A DNA stretch of 64,000 bases from Chamaesiphon sp. (GCA_965246715.1 CBDFFH010000022.1:1-64000); one strand, 5' to 3'; shown: positions 1-9,613, numbered from the stretch's first letter. Notes: generated by a model not told the origin, from the sequence alone. Made by a program: numbers and translations.

Positions 1-609
1 GGCGTGACAGTTATTTAGATAGCCGAGCGACAATTCGTTCCGCGCTTCGGTATCGTTCAATCCGGGACTATCGATGATTTCGATGCCTTTGGATAGTAAT
101 TCGAGCGGGTACTCGACGACAGCGTAGTCTACATCGGGAAAAGCGGGTTTGTTGCTTTCTTCTAGCCGCTTAGCTTCGGATGGATCGATCGTGTATTTCG
201 TTTTAAAGCTAGCGAAATCCAGTTCTTCGGGTCGTCGATCGCCTTTAAAATGAATCGTAACTTTTTTCTCCGTACCATAGCGCAATACCGTCAGCAAAGC
301 GGTACAAGGATTGACATCGCTGGGTAAGACATTTTCACCAATCAAGGCATTGAGAAACGTACTTTTGCCCCGTTTCATGTCACCCAATACCATCAGGCGG
401 AAGACACCTTGTTGTAAATTTTGACCCGCTTTAGTCAGATCTGCTAAATCTCGATCGAATCCCATTTCACCAGAGCCACTTTTCGCCGCTGTCTCTGCCT
501 GCTGGAGATTGGTTGCCATCTGCTGGAGACAGTTAGCAACTTCGTAGCGTACTCGCGCGACGCGATCTAAGTCTTGGAGGAAACGATTGGTTTTAGCAGT
601 GGGCATCAT
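1..609 (-). CDS. Bacterial dynamin-like protein (BDLP), N-terminal part; runs off the window edge
   Basis: Manual translation from ATG at 609: MMPTAKTNRFLQDLDRVARVR...FRLMVLGDMKRGKSTFLNALIGENVLPSDVNPCTA...IEIIDSPGLNDTEARNELSLGYLNNCHA. It has dynamin G1/G2/G3 motifs and closely resembles Nostoc BDLP. Confidence 0.9.
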   Translation of the reverse strand, partial: MMPTAKTNRFLQDLDRVARVRYEVANCLQQMATNLQQAETAAKSGSGEMGFDRDLADLTKAGQNLQQGVFRLMVLGDMKRGKSTFLNALIGENVLPSDVNPCTALLTVLRYGTEKKVTIHFKGDRRPEELDFASFKTKYTIDPSEAKRLEESNKPAFPDVDYAVVEYPLELLSKGIEIIDSPGLNDTEARNELSLGYLNNCHA

Positions 610-881
610 AATTTAGGTGGGAGGTTGAAGGGGCAATCTTAGATGATTTTGGATTTTGGATTTTGGTATTTATCCCAAGATTCAGCCAGCTACCGCTACA
701 AAGGCAAATAGCGAAATCCTGGCTAGCCGCTGACAGATATAAATAATTACAACAACAGTAATGAATAATCCGGAAAATTTAGCAGTGCTGATGAGATCTT
801 GTCTGAAGGATCGAACGGGTTTGTTGCTGCGTCGATCGAGTACAGTCGGATGATGAAATTCTCTGCTAGCTAGCATCACTA

Positions 882-1820
882 TAGAACCCATTTGAGATCT
901 TTTTGGCGATCGCATAGAATCAGGGCAGAGTAGTTAAATTTGAGTAGATTGGGGTAGGAAATGGGGTATTCAAGTGACTTGACAGACAAAGAGTGGGAAA
1001 TAATCGAGCCACTACTGCCCCAGAAAAAGAAAACTCGACCACCGCTGTGGACAAAAAGACAACTCCTAAATGGCATATTTTATCAGCTCAAGAACGGTTG
1101 TAATTGGCAGGACTTACCCAGAGATCTACCACCATATTCAACTGTCTTCTGACACTATCAGAACTGGTGTGAAGACGGCACGATCGCTCGAATCATGGCA
1201 AAGCTACATATGAAAGCACGCGAACAAGTCAAAAAAAACCAGAATGGACAACCCTCATCATGATTGACTCTCAAGCGGTAAAAAATACTTGTAATGCAAG
1301 TATTGAATCGAAAGGGTTTTGTTTTTACAAATGCACCAACGGCATCAAAAGACATCTAGCGGTAGACATACTAGGCTTCCCTTTCTTCACTCACTGTACT
1401 AGGGCTAACGTAGCTGACGACCAAGGTTTGATTGAAATGCTCACGTACAACATTGATTACTTCAAATCGAAACCTGCTGATTTGCCTAAAACTACGATCT
1501 TGTTAGATAACGGTTATCACCCTGACAAACTGACTCAAGCACTGGAGGTGATTTACCCTGAGATTATGACTAAGATTCAATTTGAGCTTTCAGCCAAGCC
1601 ATCCAAGGCTGAGAAAGCCGCTAACGGTCAATCTGGATTTGTGCCTGTTCGCTCTAGATGGGTGATTGAACGTTCAAATGCTTGGGTAGAGCGATGTAAA
1701 AGTTTAGTCAAAAATTTTGACCGCACACTAAAACGTTCCAATGCCAAGCTCAAGCTCTGTTTTATTCGACTGATGCTCAAGCGACTAGCCACTGCCTAAA
1801 AAGATCTCAAATGGGTTCTA
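882..1820 (+). mobile_element. IS5-family insertion sequence (~940 bp)
   Basis: Perfect terminal inverted repeats tagaacccatttgagatcttttt (882-904) and aaaaagatctcaaatgggttcta (1798-1820), with TA on both sides. They enclose a transposase gene. Confidence 0.9.
961..1799 (+). pseudogene. IS5-family transposase (orfA/orfB joined by a -1 frameshift) with a premature stop
   Basis: N-terminus YSSDLTDKEWEII...NGCNWQDLPRDLPPYSTVF, then in-frame TGA at 1150-1152 where W is expected. An A8 slippery run at 1231-1238 leads into the DDE part (IDSQ...LLDNGY...RWVIERSNAW). Confidence 0.85.
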
Positions 1821-1924
1821 TAATTATTACAGTCTCGATCGACCCGATCTGTCGAGGGTGAATCTACGGAGTTGTCAATTATATAGAGCCATCCTCGATC
1901 CGATATCGACCATCAACTCGACCC

Positions 1925-1953
1925 TTGACATGACAATGCAATTGCATTACTCT
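1925..1953 (+). promoter_or_regulatory. Sigma70-type promoter of the TA operon with a palindromic operator
   Basis: TTGACA (1925-1930)-N17-TACTCT (1948-1953); perfect palindrome AATGCAATTGCATT at 1935-1948. Confidence 0.65.
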
Positions 1954-1986
1954 TTAGATAGCATTTGTTAAAAAAGTTTAAAGGCG

Positions 1987-2310
1987 ATGATGGCTCAAAT
2001 CTCAGAGTCTACACTAACCGATCGTTACCAAACTACAGTTCCCGATCCCATTCGCAAGGCGCTGGGTTTGAATAAACGCGATCGCATCGCCTACACCATT
2101 GAGCCTGATGGCAAGGTAACAATCTCGCGCGCACAAGAGCCGGAGAGCGATCCGATCCTGGGTAAATTCTTGAATTTTATCGCCAGAGACATCGAACAAA
2201 ATCCTCAACATGTAATGGCGATTACACCTGATTTAGTAGAGCGCATTCGATCTCTAGTCGATGGAGTCGATGTCGATCTCGATGCACCACTTACGGATGA
2301 GGATGAATAG
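1987..2310 (+). CDS. prlF: Type II TA antitoxin, PrlF/SohA family (AbrB-like)
   Basis: ESTLTDRYQTTVPDPIRKALGL...DPILGKFLNFIARDI...VDLDAPL; lies directly upstream of a YhaV gene. Confidence 0.88.
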   Translation: MMAQISESTLTDRYQTTVPDPIRKALGLNKRDRIAYTIEPDGKVTISRAQEPESDPILGKFLNFIARDIEQNPQHVMAITPDLVERIRSLVDGVDVDLDAPLTDEDE

Positions 2311-2312
2311 GT

Positions 2313-2807
2313 TTGGCTGTAAGTCCGATAGTAATTAATGATTGGAATATATTTGCTCATGCGCTCTTCCTCGATCGGGTTGAAGCGCTTTTACTGCAAG
2401 TGGAACGTTTACGTGAAAAGTATCCGAACGAATATAAACAAAAGAATGGCACAAAACGCCTAGCTGCGATCTCAACGTTAGCATTCGATGTTATTCCTCA
2501 AGATCCCACCCGCAGCGAGTATCGGCAGGGATCGACACTTGGCGATAATTATAAGCACTGGTTTAGAGCTAAATTTTTTCAGCAGTATCGACTATTTTTT
2601 CGATATCATCAACAGAGCAAAATTATTGTCTTTGCCTGGGTGAATGATGAAAACTCTAAACGAGCATACGAGAGTAAGACAGATGCCTATTTAGTTTTCC
2701 AAAGAATGCTGGAAATAGGTCATCCCCCTGATGATTGGGATCGATTACTTGAAGAGTCGCAAGCGGAAACCGATCGGTTAGAGCAAATAATCGGTGCACA
2801 AACTTGA
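2313..2807 (+). CDS. yhaV: Type II TA toxin, YhaV family RNase
   Basis: YRQGSTLGDNYKHWFRAKFFQQYRLFFRY...FAWVNDENSKRAYESKTDAY...PPDDW. Confidence 0.9.
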   Translation: MAVSPIVINDWNIFAHALFLDRVEALLLQVERLREKYPNEYKQKNGTKRLAAISTLAFDVIPQDPTRSEYRQGSTLGDNYKHWFRAKFFQQYRLFFRYHQQSKIIVFAWVNDENSKRAYESKTDAYLVFQRMLEIGHPPDDWDRLLEESQAETDRLEQIIGAQT

Positions 2808-2968
2808 CTGGTAGCCATCCACGGGCAGTACTAAAAATACTCGATCGGGTGTTTGTGTCGATCGAATATCATGAAACTCGATCGTTTTGTGGATTAGCAA
2901 AATGCTTGTCTTAGCGATCGAGTTTTAAAGCCGCTTGAATTCTTTTCGTTAGCTTCGTGGTTGATGCC

Positions 2969-2988
2969 GTGGGCAGTGCCCACCCTAC
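2969..2988 (-). repeat. GTAG-type REP-like palindrome
   Basis: gtgggcagtgcccaccctac (reverse complement GTAGGGTGGGCACTGCCCAC); related sequences at 8564 and 8865. Confidence 0.65.
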
Positions 2989-3024
2989 AAAATTAATATT
3001 CACTAATAAATACTGAGATGAAAA

Positions 3025-3675
3025 ATGCCAGCCAAACCGAAAATTCTTGACTTCGATACTCCACATGAAGACTATCCACTTGGGGAAAGAATCGTACTGA
3101 AGGACTCGATCGCTTTTTTTGAATCACAGCTCTCTGTTAATTCTGACGTAAACAAAGACACTGAATTTCTTACAAAACTTCCACGTGCTGTTTGCTATTA
3201 TGGTGCCCGTACTTGTAAGATTTATCCTTTCATCTGTGTACCCGCATCACCTTACCGCGATCTCCCCGATGCCTCTACTGTACTGCGAGATCTCCGTGCC
3301 GAGAACTTTAGAAGCGAACATATCAAGAATCTTGATACTATTTCGATTCCATATCCTGGCTACAACCCAGGCACGGAAAATGATGAAATCCACACTGAAA
3401 CAAGCGAACAAGCTATATTCCAAAAAGCAGACGATAAGGATGAGGACGGTAATGCTACTCCCCCACACAAATCGCTCATTTGGCATTCAGAGCTACAGAG
3501 TTATGTGTTGAATAGCCATATTTACTATGTCTTGTTGCATACCAAACCCTATATTTCTGAAGCCGGAAACAGCTTCAGTGACATAGTTATTCTATTCGCT
3601 GTCGGTGTCTCTACTTTGACAGGTAATCTGGTTGGAGCAGTTACTCATCAAGTCTGCCACAACTACTGTGATTAA
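3025..3675 (+). CDS. Hypothetical protein, 216 aa
   Basis: ATG-started ORF filling an intergenic gap; C-terminal CHNYCD; no family recognised. Confidence 0.7.
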   Translation: MPAKPKILDFDTPHEDYPLGERIVLKDSIAFFESQLSVNSDVNKDTEFLTKLPRAVCYYGARTCKIYPFICVPASPYRDLPDASTVLRDLRAENFRSEHIKNLDTISIPYPGYNPGTENDEIHTETSEQAIFQKADDKDEDGNATPPHKSLIWHSELQSYVLNSHIYYVLLHTKPYISEAGNSFSDIVILFAVGVSTLTGNLVGAVTHQVCHNYCD

Positions 3676-3757
3676 ATCCAAAACGTCTGACTAAATTATT
3701 TACTCTTGCTGCAGGTAGTGTGTAGGATCGATCGAGAATACTTTCGATCGAGTCAGC

Positions 3758-3782
3758 AATCTAAAATCCAAAATCCAAAATC
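3758..3782. repeat. Short tandem heptamer repeat (AATCCAA/AATCTAA, STRR-like)
   Basis: aatctaaaatccaaaatccaaaatc; the reverse form ttttgga repeats at ~646-668. Confidence 0.6.
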
Positions 3783-3784
3783 AA

Positions 3785-5275
3785 ATGACCGACTCCATCA
3801 TGGTTGTGGGTACCACCTCCCACGCAGGTAAATCGTTGATTACCGCTGCTATCTGTCGGTTGCTCGTCCGCCGAGGCTTCAATGTCACCCCATTCAAAGG
3901 GCAGAATATGGCTCTGAATGCCTATATTACTGCCGATGGTAAAGAAATGGGTCACGCTCAGGCGGTCCAGGCTTGGGCGGCGAAAATCGAGCCGAGGGTG
4001 GAGATGAATCCGATCTTGCTCAAACCGCAGGGGGATATGACTTCGCAGGTAATTATGATGGGTGAGGCTGTGGGGCGAGTTCAGGCGGCGGATTATTATC
4101 GGGATTATTTCGATCGCGGCTGGGCGGCAATTACTAATTGCTTGGATAAATTAGCTGGGGAATTTGACTACATCGTCTGCGAAGGTGCGGGCAGTCCGGC
4201 AGAAATCAATCTCAAACATCGCGATTTGACGAATATGCGGGTGGCGAGTTATTTACAAGCAAATACTGTCTTGGTTGCCGATATCGATCGCGGCGGTGTA
4301 TTTGCCCATATCGTCGGTACTTTAGAATTATTAGAACCTGAAGAACGCGCTCTAATTAAAGGATTTATTATCAACAAATTTCGCGGTCAGCGATCGCTAT
4401 TAGAGTCGGGAATTATCTGGCTGGAAGAACGGACGGGGATTCCGGTCATTGCGGTGATACCGATGTTAGACCAAGTATTTCCAGCGGAGGATTCGTTAGA
4501 TTTACTCGAACGTCGATCGCACAAGCCGAATGCTGAAACTACGATTGGTATAATTAAATTTCCCCGAATTTCTAACTTTACCGATTTCGATCCGCTCGAT
4601 GGCGAACCGTCAGTGAATTTGAAATACATTACCAAACCAGCCGAATTAAGTGGTTGCGATGTGCTAATCTTACCCGGATCGAAAACTACGATTGCCGATC
4701 TAAATTGGCTGCAACAAACGGGAATTGCAACTGCCATATCGATATTTCATGCTAATGGTGGAGTAGTCATGGGCATCTGTGGTGGCTTCCAAATGTTAGG
4801 TGCGATCGTTTCCGATCCGACCGGGATCGAAGGGGTTGCTGGAGAATATTCAGGTTTAAATCTCTTGCCGATCGCGACAACCATTACCGAAATTAAAACC
4901 ACCAGACAGCGCACTACTACTACTAAATATCCCCACCAAGACATCTCGATCGCGGGATACGAAATTCATCAAGGAATTACTGAATGGCACTCAGACGGAG
5001 CTAAAATCGCTAACTACGATCGATTATTTACCGACGATACATTAGGTATCGTCGATCGCGATCTCAGCATCTGGGGTACCTACTTACACGGCATCTTCGA
5101 TAACGGCAAATGGCGGCGCAACTGGCTCAATCAGATCCGTACCCGCAAACAGCTGTCCCCGCTCACAATTGAAGTGCTAGACTATGCCAGTCAACGGGAT
5201 GAAATATTCGATCGATTAGCCGACTCGATTGGGGACTATTTGGATCTAACTCCATTAATGAATAGCCAAAAATAG
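3785..5275 (+). CDS. cobQ: Cobyric acid synthase
   Basis: GTTSHAGKS, PFKGQNMALN, EGAGSPAEIN, glutaminase ICGGFQMLG and GTYLHG. Confidence 0.95.
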   Translation: MTDSIMVVGTTSHAGKSLITAAICRLLVRRGFNVTPFKGQNMALNAYITADGKEMGHAQAVQAWAAKIEPRVEMNPILLKPQGDMTSQVIMMGEAVGRVQAADYYRDYFDRGWAAITNCLDKLAGEFDYIVCEGAGSPAEINLKHRDLTNMRVASYLQANTVLVADIDRGGVFAHIVGTLELLEPEERALIKGFIINKFRGQRSLLESGIIWLEERTGIPVIAVIPMLDQVFPAEDSLDLLERRSHKPNAETTIGIIKFPRISNFTDFDPLDGEPSVNLKYITKPAELSGCDVLILPGSKTTIADLNWLQQTGIATAISIFHANGGVVMGICGGFQMLGAIVSDPTGIEGVAGEYSGLNLLPIATTITEIKTTRQRTTTTKYPHQDISIAGYEIHQGITEWHSDGAKIANYDRLFTDDTLGIVDRDLSIWGTYLHGIFDNGKWRRNWLNQIRTRKQLSPLTIEVLDYASQRDEIFDRLADSIGDYLDLTPLMNSQK

Positions 5276-5352
5276 TACCAGCAAACTCTCTGCGTACTTT
5301 GCGCCTTCTTTGCGTCCTCTGCGTTAAAAAAAGACCTCGAACACAGCACAAA

Positions 5353-5892
5353 ATGACCGAGCCAGAAGTTACGATTATTCCAGGATTTCTCCCTCCCACA
5401 GCCGCCACCAACCTTTATACCCAACTATGCGATCGCATCGACTGGGATTTACGGATGAGTGCCAGACAAACAGCCTGCTACGGTCTATCCTACGACTACT
5501 CTGGCGTGAGCTATGAAAATAAGCCGATGCATCCGCTTCTCGTGCCGCTTTGTAGCAAATTGAAAGAAACATTAGGATTCGAGCCGAATAGTTGTTTGAT
5601 TAACTACTATTTAGATGGACGCTCCAAAATGGGCTTCCATTCCGATGAGATCGACAACCTCGAACCTGGGACGCAGATTATCATTATCTCTTTGGGTACC
5701 GAACGCAAACTGTCATTTCGATCGAAAGCCGATTACGACCAACGCCTGAGCTATTTCCTACCACATGGTTCGTTACTATATATGAGCCAGCGCACCCAAG
5801 AATTTTGGAGTCACGCCATCAAACGCGCCAATGTCACCGAAGGTCGGATCAGCCTGACGTTCCGTCGCATCGTTGCTGAAGCTCAACCCTAA
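5353..5892 (+). CDS. AlkB-like 2OG-Fe(II) dioxygenase
   Basis: NSCLINYY...MGFHSD...SLG...H...RISLTFR (HxD...H...R motif). Likely start is ATG 5353. Confidence 0.85.
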   Translation: MTEPEVTIIPGFLPPTAATNLYTQLCDRIDWDLRMSARQTACYGLSYDYSGVSYENKPMHPLLVPLCSKLKETLGFEPNSCLINYYLDGRSKMGFHSDEIDNLEPGTQIIIISLGTERKLSFRSKADYDQRLSYFLPHGSLLYMSQRTQEFWSHAIKRANVTEGRISLTFRRIVAEAQP

Positions 5893-5973
5893 TCCCTAAT
5901 CTCTTGCCCTACTGCGTTGGCTAAATTCTGCTAGAGTTAACCTGAATCATCCATTCAGCATCTCTAAATAACT

Positions 5974-7638
5974 GTGGCAGAAAGTCAGAAACCAGCCCAA
6001 TCGATGGGTAGAATTGCCGGAATCGTGGCAGTAGCTACCCTCCTGAGTAAAATTTCCGGATTGCTGCGACAGATGGCAATTGCGGCAGCTTTTGGCGTGG
6101 GAGCCACTGTCGAAGCTTACAACTATGCATATACCATTCCGAGCTTTCTATTTATTCTGCTGGGTGGGATTAACGGGCCATTTCATAGTGCGATCGTCAG
6201 TAGCATTTCCAAACAAAAGAATCAGTCAGATGTGGCTCCGCTGGTCGAAACCATGACCACAATGGTCGGTGGTATTTTGTTGGTGGTGACAATGCTATTG
6301 ATTTTATGTGCGGGTAATATTATCGATATTTCCGCCCCTGGTTTGACTCATGTTACCTTAGAAACCGCCACGGCTAGAGGACTAAGCCTAGAAGCCGCGA
6401 TCGAGAGAGGCATCGCCGTGCGAACTAGTGCGATCGATCAACTGCAAATCATGTCCTTCATGGCGGTTTTGTCGGGCTTTATCGGCATCGGTTTTGGGAC
6501 GCTCAATGCCGCTGATATGTATTGGCTGCCAGCGATTAGCCCGATCTTGTCGAATATTACCACGATCGTCGGATTGGGAATTTTAGCAATCCAACTCGGC
6601 GCGAATATCTCTTTACCAGAGTATGCAATTTTGGGTGGTAAATTTCTCGCCTGGACGACTTTACTCGGTGCGATTCTGCAATGGTTGGTGCAAGTTTACG
6701 CCCAGTGGAAAGCGAAATTGGGGACATTGCGGTTGCGATTTGATTGGTGGCGACCGGGTGTGAAGGAGACGCTGGCGGTGATGGGGCCAGCAACATTATC
6801 TTCGGGGATGTTGTACATCAATCTCTTTACGGCGATGTACTTTGCTTCCTTTATCCCTGGTGCTGCCCCGGCAATGCTGTATTCCAATCTCTTAGTCCAA
6901 ACACCATTAGGGATTATCTCGACGATGATTTTGGTGCCGCTATTGCCGATTTTCTCGCGGCTGGCAGATCCCAAAGATTGGGTGGAATTAAAAGATCGGA
7001 TTCGGCAAGGGTTATTGCTGACTGGGGTGACGATGCTACCGTTGAGTGCGATTATGATTGCACTATCACAACCGATCGTCCAAGTTATTTACCAACGCGG
7101 TGCTTTTAAATCCGCAGACTCGCAATTGGTCGGTTCGGTGTTACTGGCTTCGAGTTTGGGGATGTTTGTCTATCTGGGACGCGATGTATTGGTGCGGGTA
7201 TTTTATGCCCTCGGCGATGGCGGTACCCCATTTAAAATCAGCGTCGTCAATATCTTTCTCAATGCCCTGTTTGATTTCCTGCTGTGGAAACCACTCGGCG
7301 CACCTGGATTGGTACTCGCGACAGTTTGTGTAAATGTTATCTCTTGTATCGCATTATTATGGTCGCTCGATCGACGGTTAAATGGTCTACCTTGGGGGAG
7401 TTTTACCCCACTATTTGGATTGGCTGCGGCTAGTGTCGTTACGGGTTTGGCAACTTGGGGTGTCAGTTTTGGGTGGCAAAAATTGGTGCCAGCAACAAAC
7501 ATGGTGACATCGATCTTACAAGTAGTTATTGCGGGTGGAATTGGTTTAGTAGTATTTTCGCTGATTGCCAGTCAGTTGAAGTTACCCGAGTTCGATTTAT
7601 TTGTCAGTCGGCTGCGGCAGAAATTGCTAAGACGTTAG
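5974..7638 (+). CDS. murJ: Lipid II flippase MurJ (MviN)
   Basis: Polytopic membrane protein with SKISGLLRQMAIAAAFG, GGINGPFHSA, YQRGAF and RVFYALGD. Confidence 0.93.
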   Translation: MAESQKPAQSMGRIAGIVAVATLLSKISGLLRQMAIAAAFGVGATVEAYNYAYTIPSFLFILLGGINGPFHSAIVSSISKQKNQSDVAPLVETMTTMVGGILLVVTMLLILCAGNIIDISAPGLTHVTLETATARGLSLEAAIERGIAVRTSAIDQLQIMSFMAVLSGFIGIGFGTLNAADMYWLPAISPILSNITTIVGLGILAIQLGANISLPEYAILGGKFLAWTTLLGAILQWLVQVYAQWKAKLGTLRLRFDWWRPGVKETLAVMGPATLSSGMLYINLFTAMYFASFIPGAAPAMLYSNLLVQTPLGIISTMILVPLLPIFSRLADPKDWVELKDRIRQGLLLTGVTMLPLSAIMIALSQPIVQVIYQRGAFKSADSQLVGSVLLASSLGMFVYLGRDVLVRVFYALGDGGTPFKISVVNIFLNALFDFLLWKPLGAPGLVLATVCVNVISCIALLWSLDRRLNGLPWGSFTPLFGLAAASVVTGLATWGVSFGWQKLVPATNMVTSILQVVIAGGIGLVVFSLIASQLKLPEFDLFVSRLRQKLLRR

Positions 7639-7689
7639 AGGATGTCTGAAAAGTCGAAACCTACGCTAGCCGCCTGAGCATAATGCTGT

Positions 7690-7723
7690 AATAAAGCGAT
7701 TTCCTTATGCAAATCGCTTTATT
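7690..7723. terminator. Bidirectional intrinsic terminator
   Basis: aataaagcgattt-N8-aaatcgctttatt between convergent genes. Confidence 0.7.
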
Positions 7724-7733
7724 TGACTCCCCC

Positions 7734-8390
7734 TTACCAAGTCCCATCATCAGTAATCGAATCGGAAGATTTTTGATAAGTCTTAACTGAGTTATCCATA
7801 TTATTTCCATTACCTGGTGTAAGTACGAGTATTCGACCATTATTTTGTAAAGCCATCGAATAATTTAAATTTTGCCCCGAATATGATTTATTTTCAACCT
7901 TTATAGCACCTGGAGCCATCCCACAAGTAGTTAATAATTCTTTGTTACTAGTTTTATATATTATGTTTACATTAGATTCACTGACCGTAAAACGAGCACC
8001 TATATTAAATTGATCTATCAATGCACAGGTTTGATACACGCTACCAGTCTCACGAGCTTTCGAGAAAATTCTTAGTAATCTACCACTAGGGTAAAAATAG
8101 TATGTATCATCAGCACTTACATCTGATGGATTTCTATGCTCCCATTTCCCTATAAGTGATGCTGGTACTGGACTTGATGCTGTATTTCCCGTTTGAACTT
8201 GAGGCGTAGATTGGACATCTTTCTGATTGTCGGTAACTTGTACTGGAGCTGATGCTGTACTTCCTGTCTCTACTTTGACTGGAGATTTTGCAGCCCTACG
8301 ATGATTAACACCTCTTACTGACATGCCGAATAGCAAACTAAAAACACAAGCAGAAATGAGTATTGGCTTTGATAACATATTGTACATCAC
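7734..8390 (-). CDS. Secreted or membrane-anchored hypothetical protein (paralogue 2)
   Basis: N-terminal hydrophobic segment, a low-complexity linker, then a beta-rich LIGxW domain with two Cys; paralogue of 8972-9613. Confidence 0.8.
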   Translation of the reverse strand: MMYNMLSKPILISACVFSLLFGMSVRGVNHRRAAKSPVKVETGSTASAPVQVTDNQKDVQSTPQVQTGNTASSPVPASLIGKWEHRNPSDVSADDTYYFYPSGRLLRIFSKARETGSVYQTCALIDQFNIGARFTVSESNVNIIYKTSNKELLTTCGMAPGAIKVENKSYSGQNLNYSMALQNNGRILVLTPGNGNNMDNSVKTYQKSSDSITDDGTW

Positions 8391-8565
8391 TAATAATTTA
8401 TTAAAATAATTAAGTTGAAGTGCTATTAAAAATTAGTTGAGCTTGGCTTGAGAAAGGTAGTGGCTTGACAGGACTAAAAATGTGTGTAAAAAGATCGCTC
8501 AAAATATTACTAATTGTATTTTTCAGAGTTCTAAATGCCCACAATTTTAGTCCAGTCGTCCCAGT

Positions 8566-8865
8566 AGGGTGGGCAGTGCCAGCCCTTTCAACGTGAACAA
8601 TAGTACTATTTTCTCGATCGATATAAGGTGCCACTTTGAAGCTTTTTCAATTATGGCGTGCCCCTCCTCGATCGATAAAAAAGTCATAAATCGATAAAAA
8701 AGTCATAATTCGACCGCCGAAGACGGCACGCAAGCTTCGAGGAGGGGCACTCAATCAGTACTATCGATTACCTCCGGTACGCTTTGCGAACGAATTGAAC
8801 ACCAGTTTACGCCATCACAGCACTAGGTATTTATACATGTTGAAAGGGCTGGCACTGCCCACCCT
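8566..8865. mobile_element. Composite non-autonomous repeat (REP-pair/MITE-like), copy A
   Basis: Perfect 27-bp inverted repeats at 8566-8592 and 8839-8865; the inner ~200 bp recurs inverted at 29428-29590. Confidence 0.75.
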
Positions 8866-8971
8866 CGCACAACTTCTTGACTATTGCTAAAAGAGAATTT
8901 GGAGAATTCGATCGTGATAATTAAACGATTACCTTATGCGAACTGCTGAACTTAACTACACATCACTAAGT

Positions 8972-9613
8972 TTATTCAACAAGCTGCGTGGAGGTTTTTT
9001 GATAAGTCTTAACTGAGTTATCTATATTATTTCCATTACCTGGTGTAAGTATGAGTGTTTGCCCATTATTTTGTAAGGCCATCGAATAATTAAGTGATCC
9101 CGAATATGTTAAATGTTCAACATGTACAGCACCTGGAGCCATTCCACAAGTACTTTGTAATTCTTTGGTAACATTTTTATACATCATACTTATATTCGAT
9201 TCACTGACGGTAAAAAGAGCATGTACCTCAATGTTATCTATTAGTCCACAAGTTTGATGTACGCCACTAGTCTCATGAGCTTTCGTGAAAACTCTCGTTA
9301 ATTTACCACTAGGATAAATACGGTATTCATCATCAGGATTTACATCTGATTTATTTTTGTGAATCCACTCCCCTATAAGTGATGCTGGTACTTGACTCGA
9401 GCCTGTATTTCTCATCTGAACTTGAGGTGTCGGTCGTACATCTGTCTGATTGTCGGTAACTTGTACTGGAGCCGATCCTATATTTCCTGTCTCTGCTTTG
9501 ACTGGAGATTTAGTAACCTTGGGATTGTTAACACCTCTTACTGACAGGCCAAACAGCAAACTAAAAACACAAGCAGAAATGAGTATCGGCTTTGATAACA
9601 TATTGTATATCAC
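8972..9613 (-). CDS. Secreted or membrane-anchored hypothetical protein (paralogue 1)
   Basis: Colinear with 7734-8390 (YNMLSKPILISACVFSLLFG...TCGMAPGA...NYSMALQNNG...DNSVKTYQK). Confidence 0.8.
   Translation of the reverse strand: MIYNMLSKPILISACVFSLLFGLSVRGVNNPKVTKSPVKAETGNIGSAPVQVTDNQTDVRPTPQVQMRNTGSSQVPASLIGEWIHKNKSDVNPDDEYRIYPSGKLTRVFTKAHETSGVHQTCGLIDNIEVHALFTVSESNISMMYKNVTKELQSTCGMAPGAVHVEHLTYSGSLNYSMALQNNGQTLILTPGNGNNIDNSVKTYQKTSTQLVE

Noticed and set aside
5287..5352. N-terminal extension of the AlkB ORF from TTG 5299
   Set aside because: It derives from a ctctgcg/ctttgcg short repeat; ATG 5353 fits the domain start better.
8594..8607. LexA-like box TGAAC-aata-GTACT inside repeat copy A
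   Set aside because: It lies within a mobile repeat, is absent from copy B and has no DNA-repair context; it may be chance.
8410..8634. 74-aa minus-strand ORF between the paralogues
   Set aside because: It is built from the repeat element plus the duplicated 3' tip of the FHA gene read in another frame, so it is unlikely to be a real gene.
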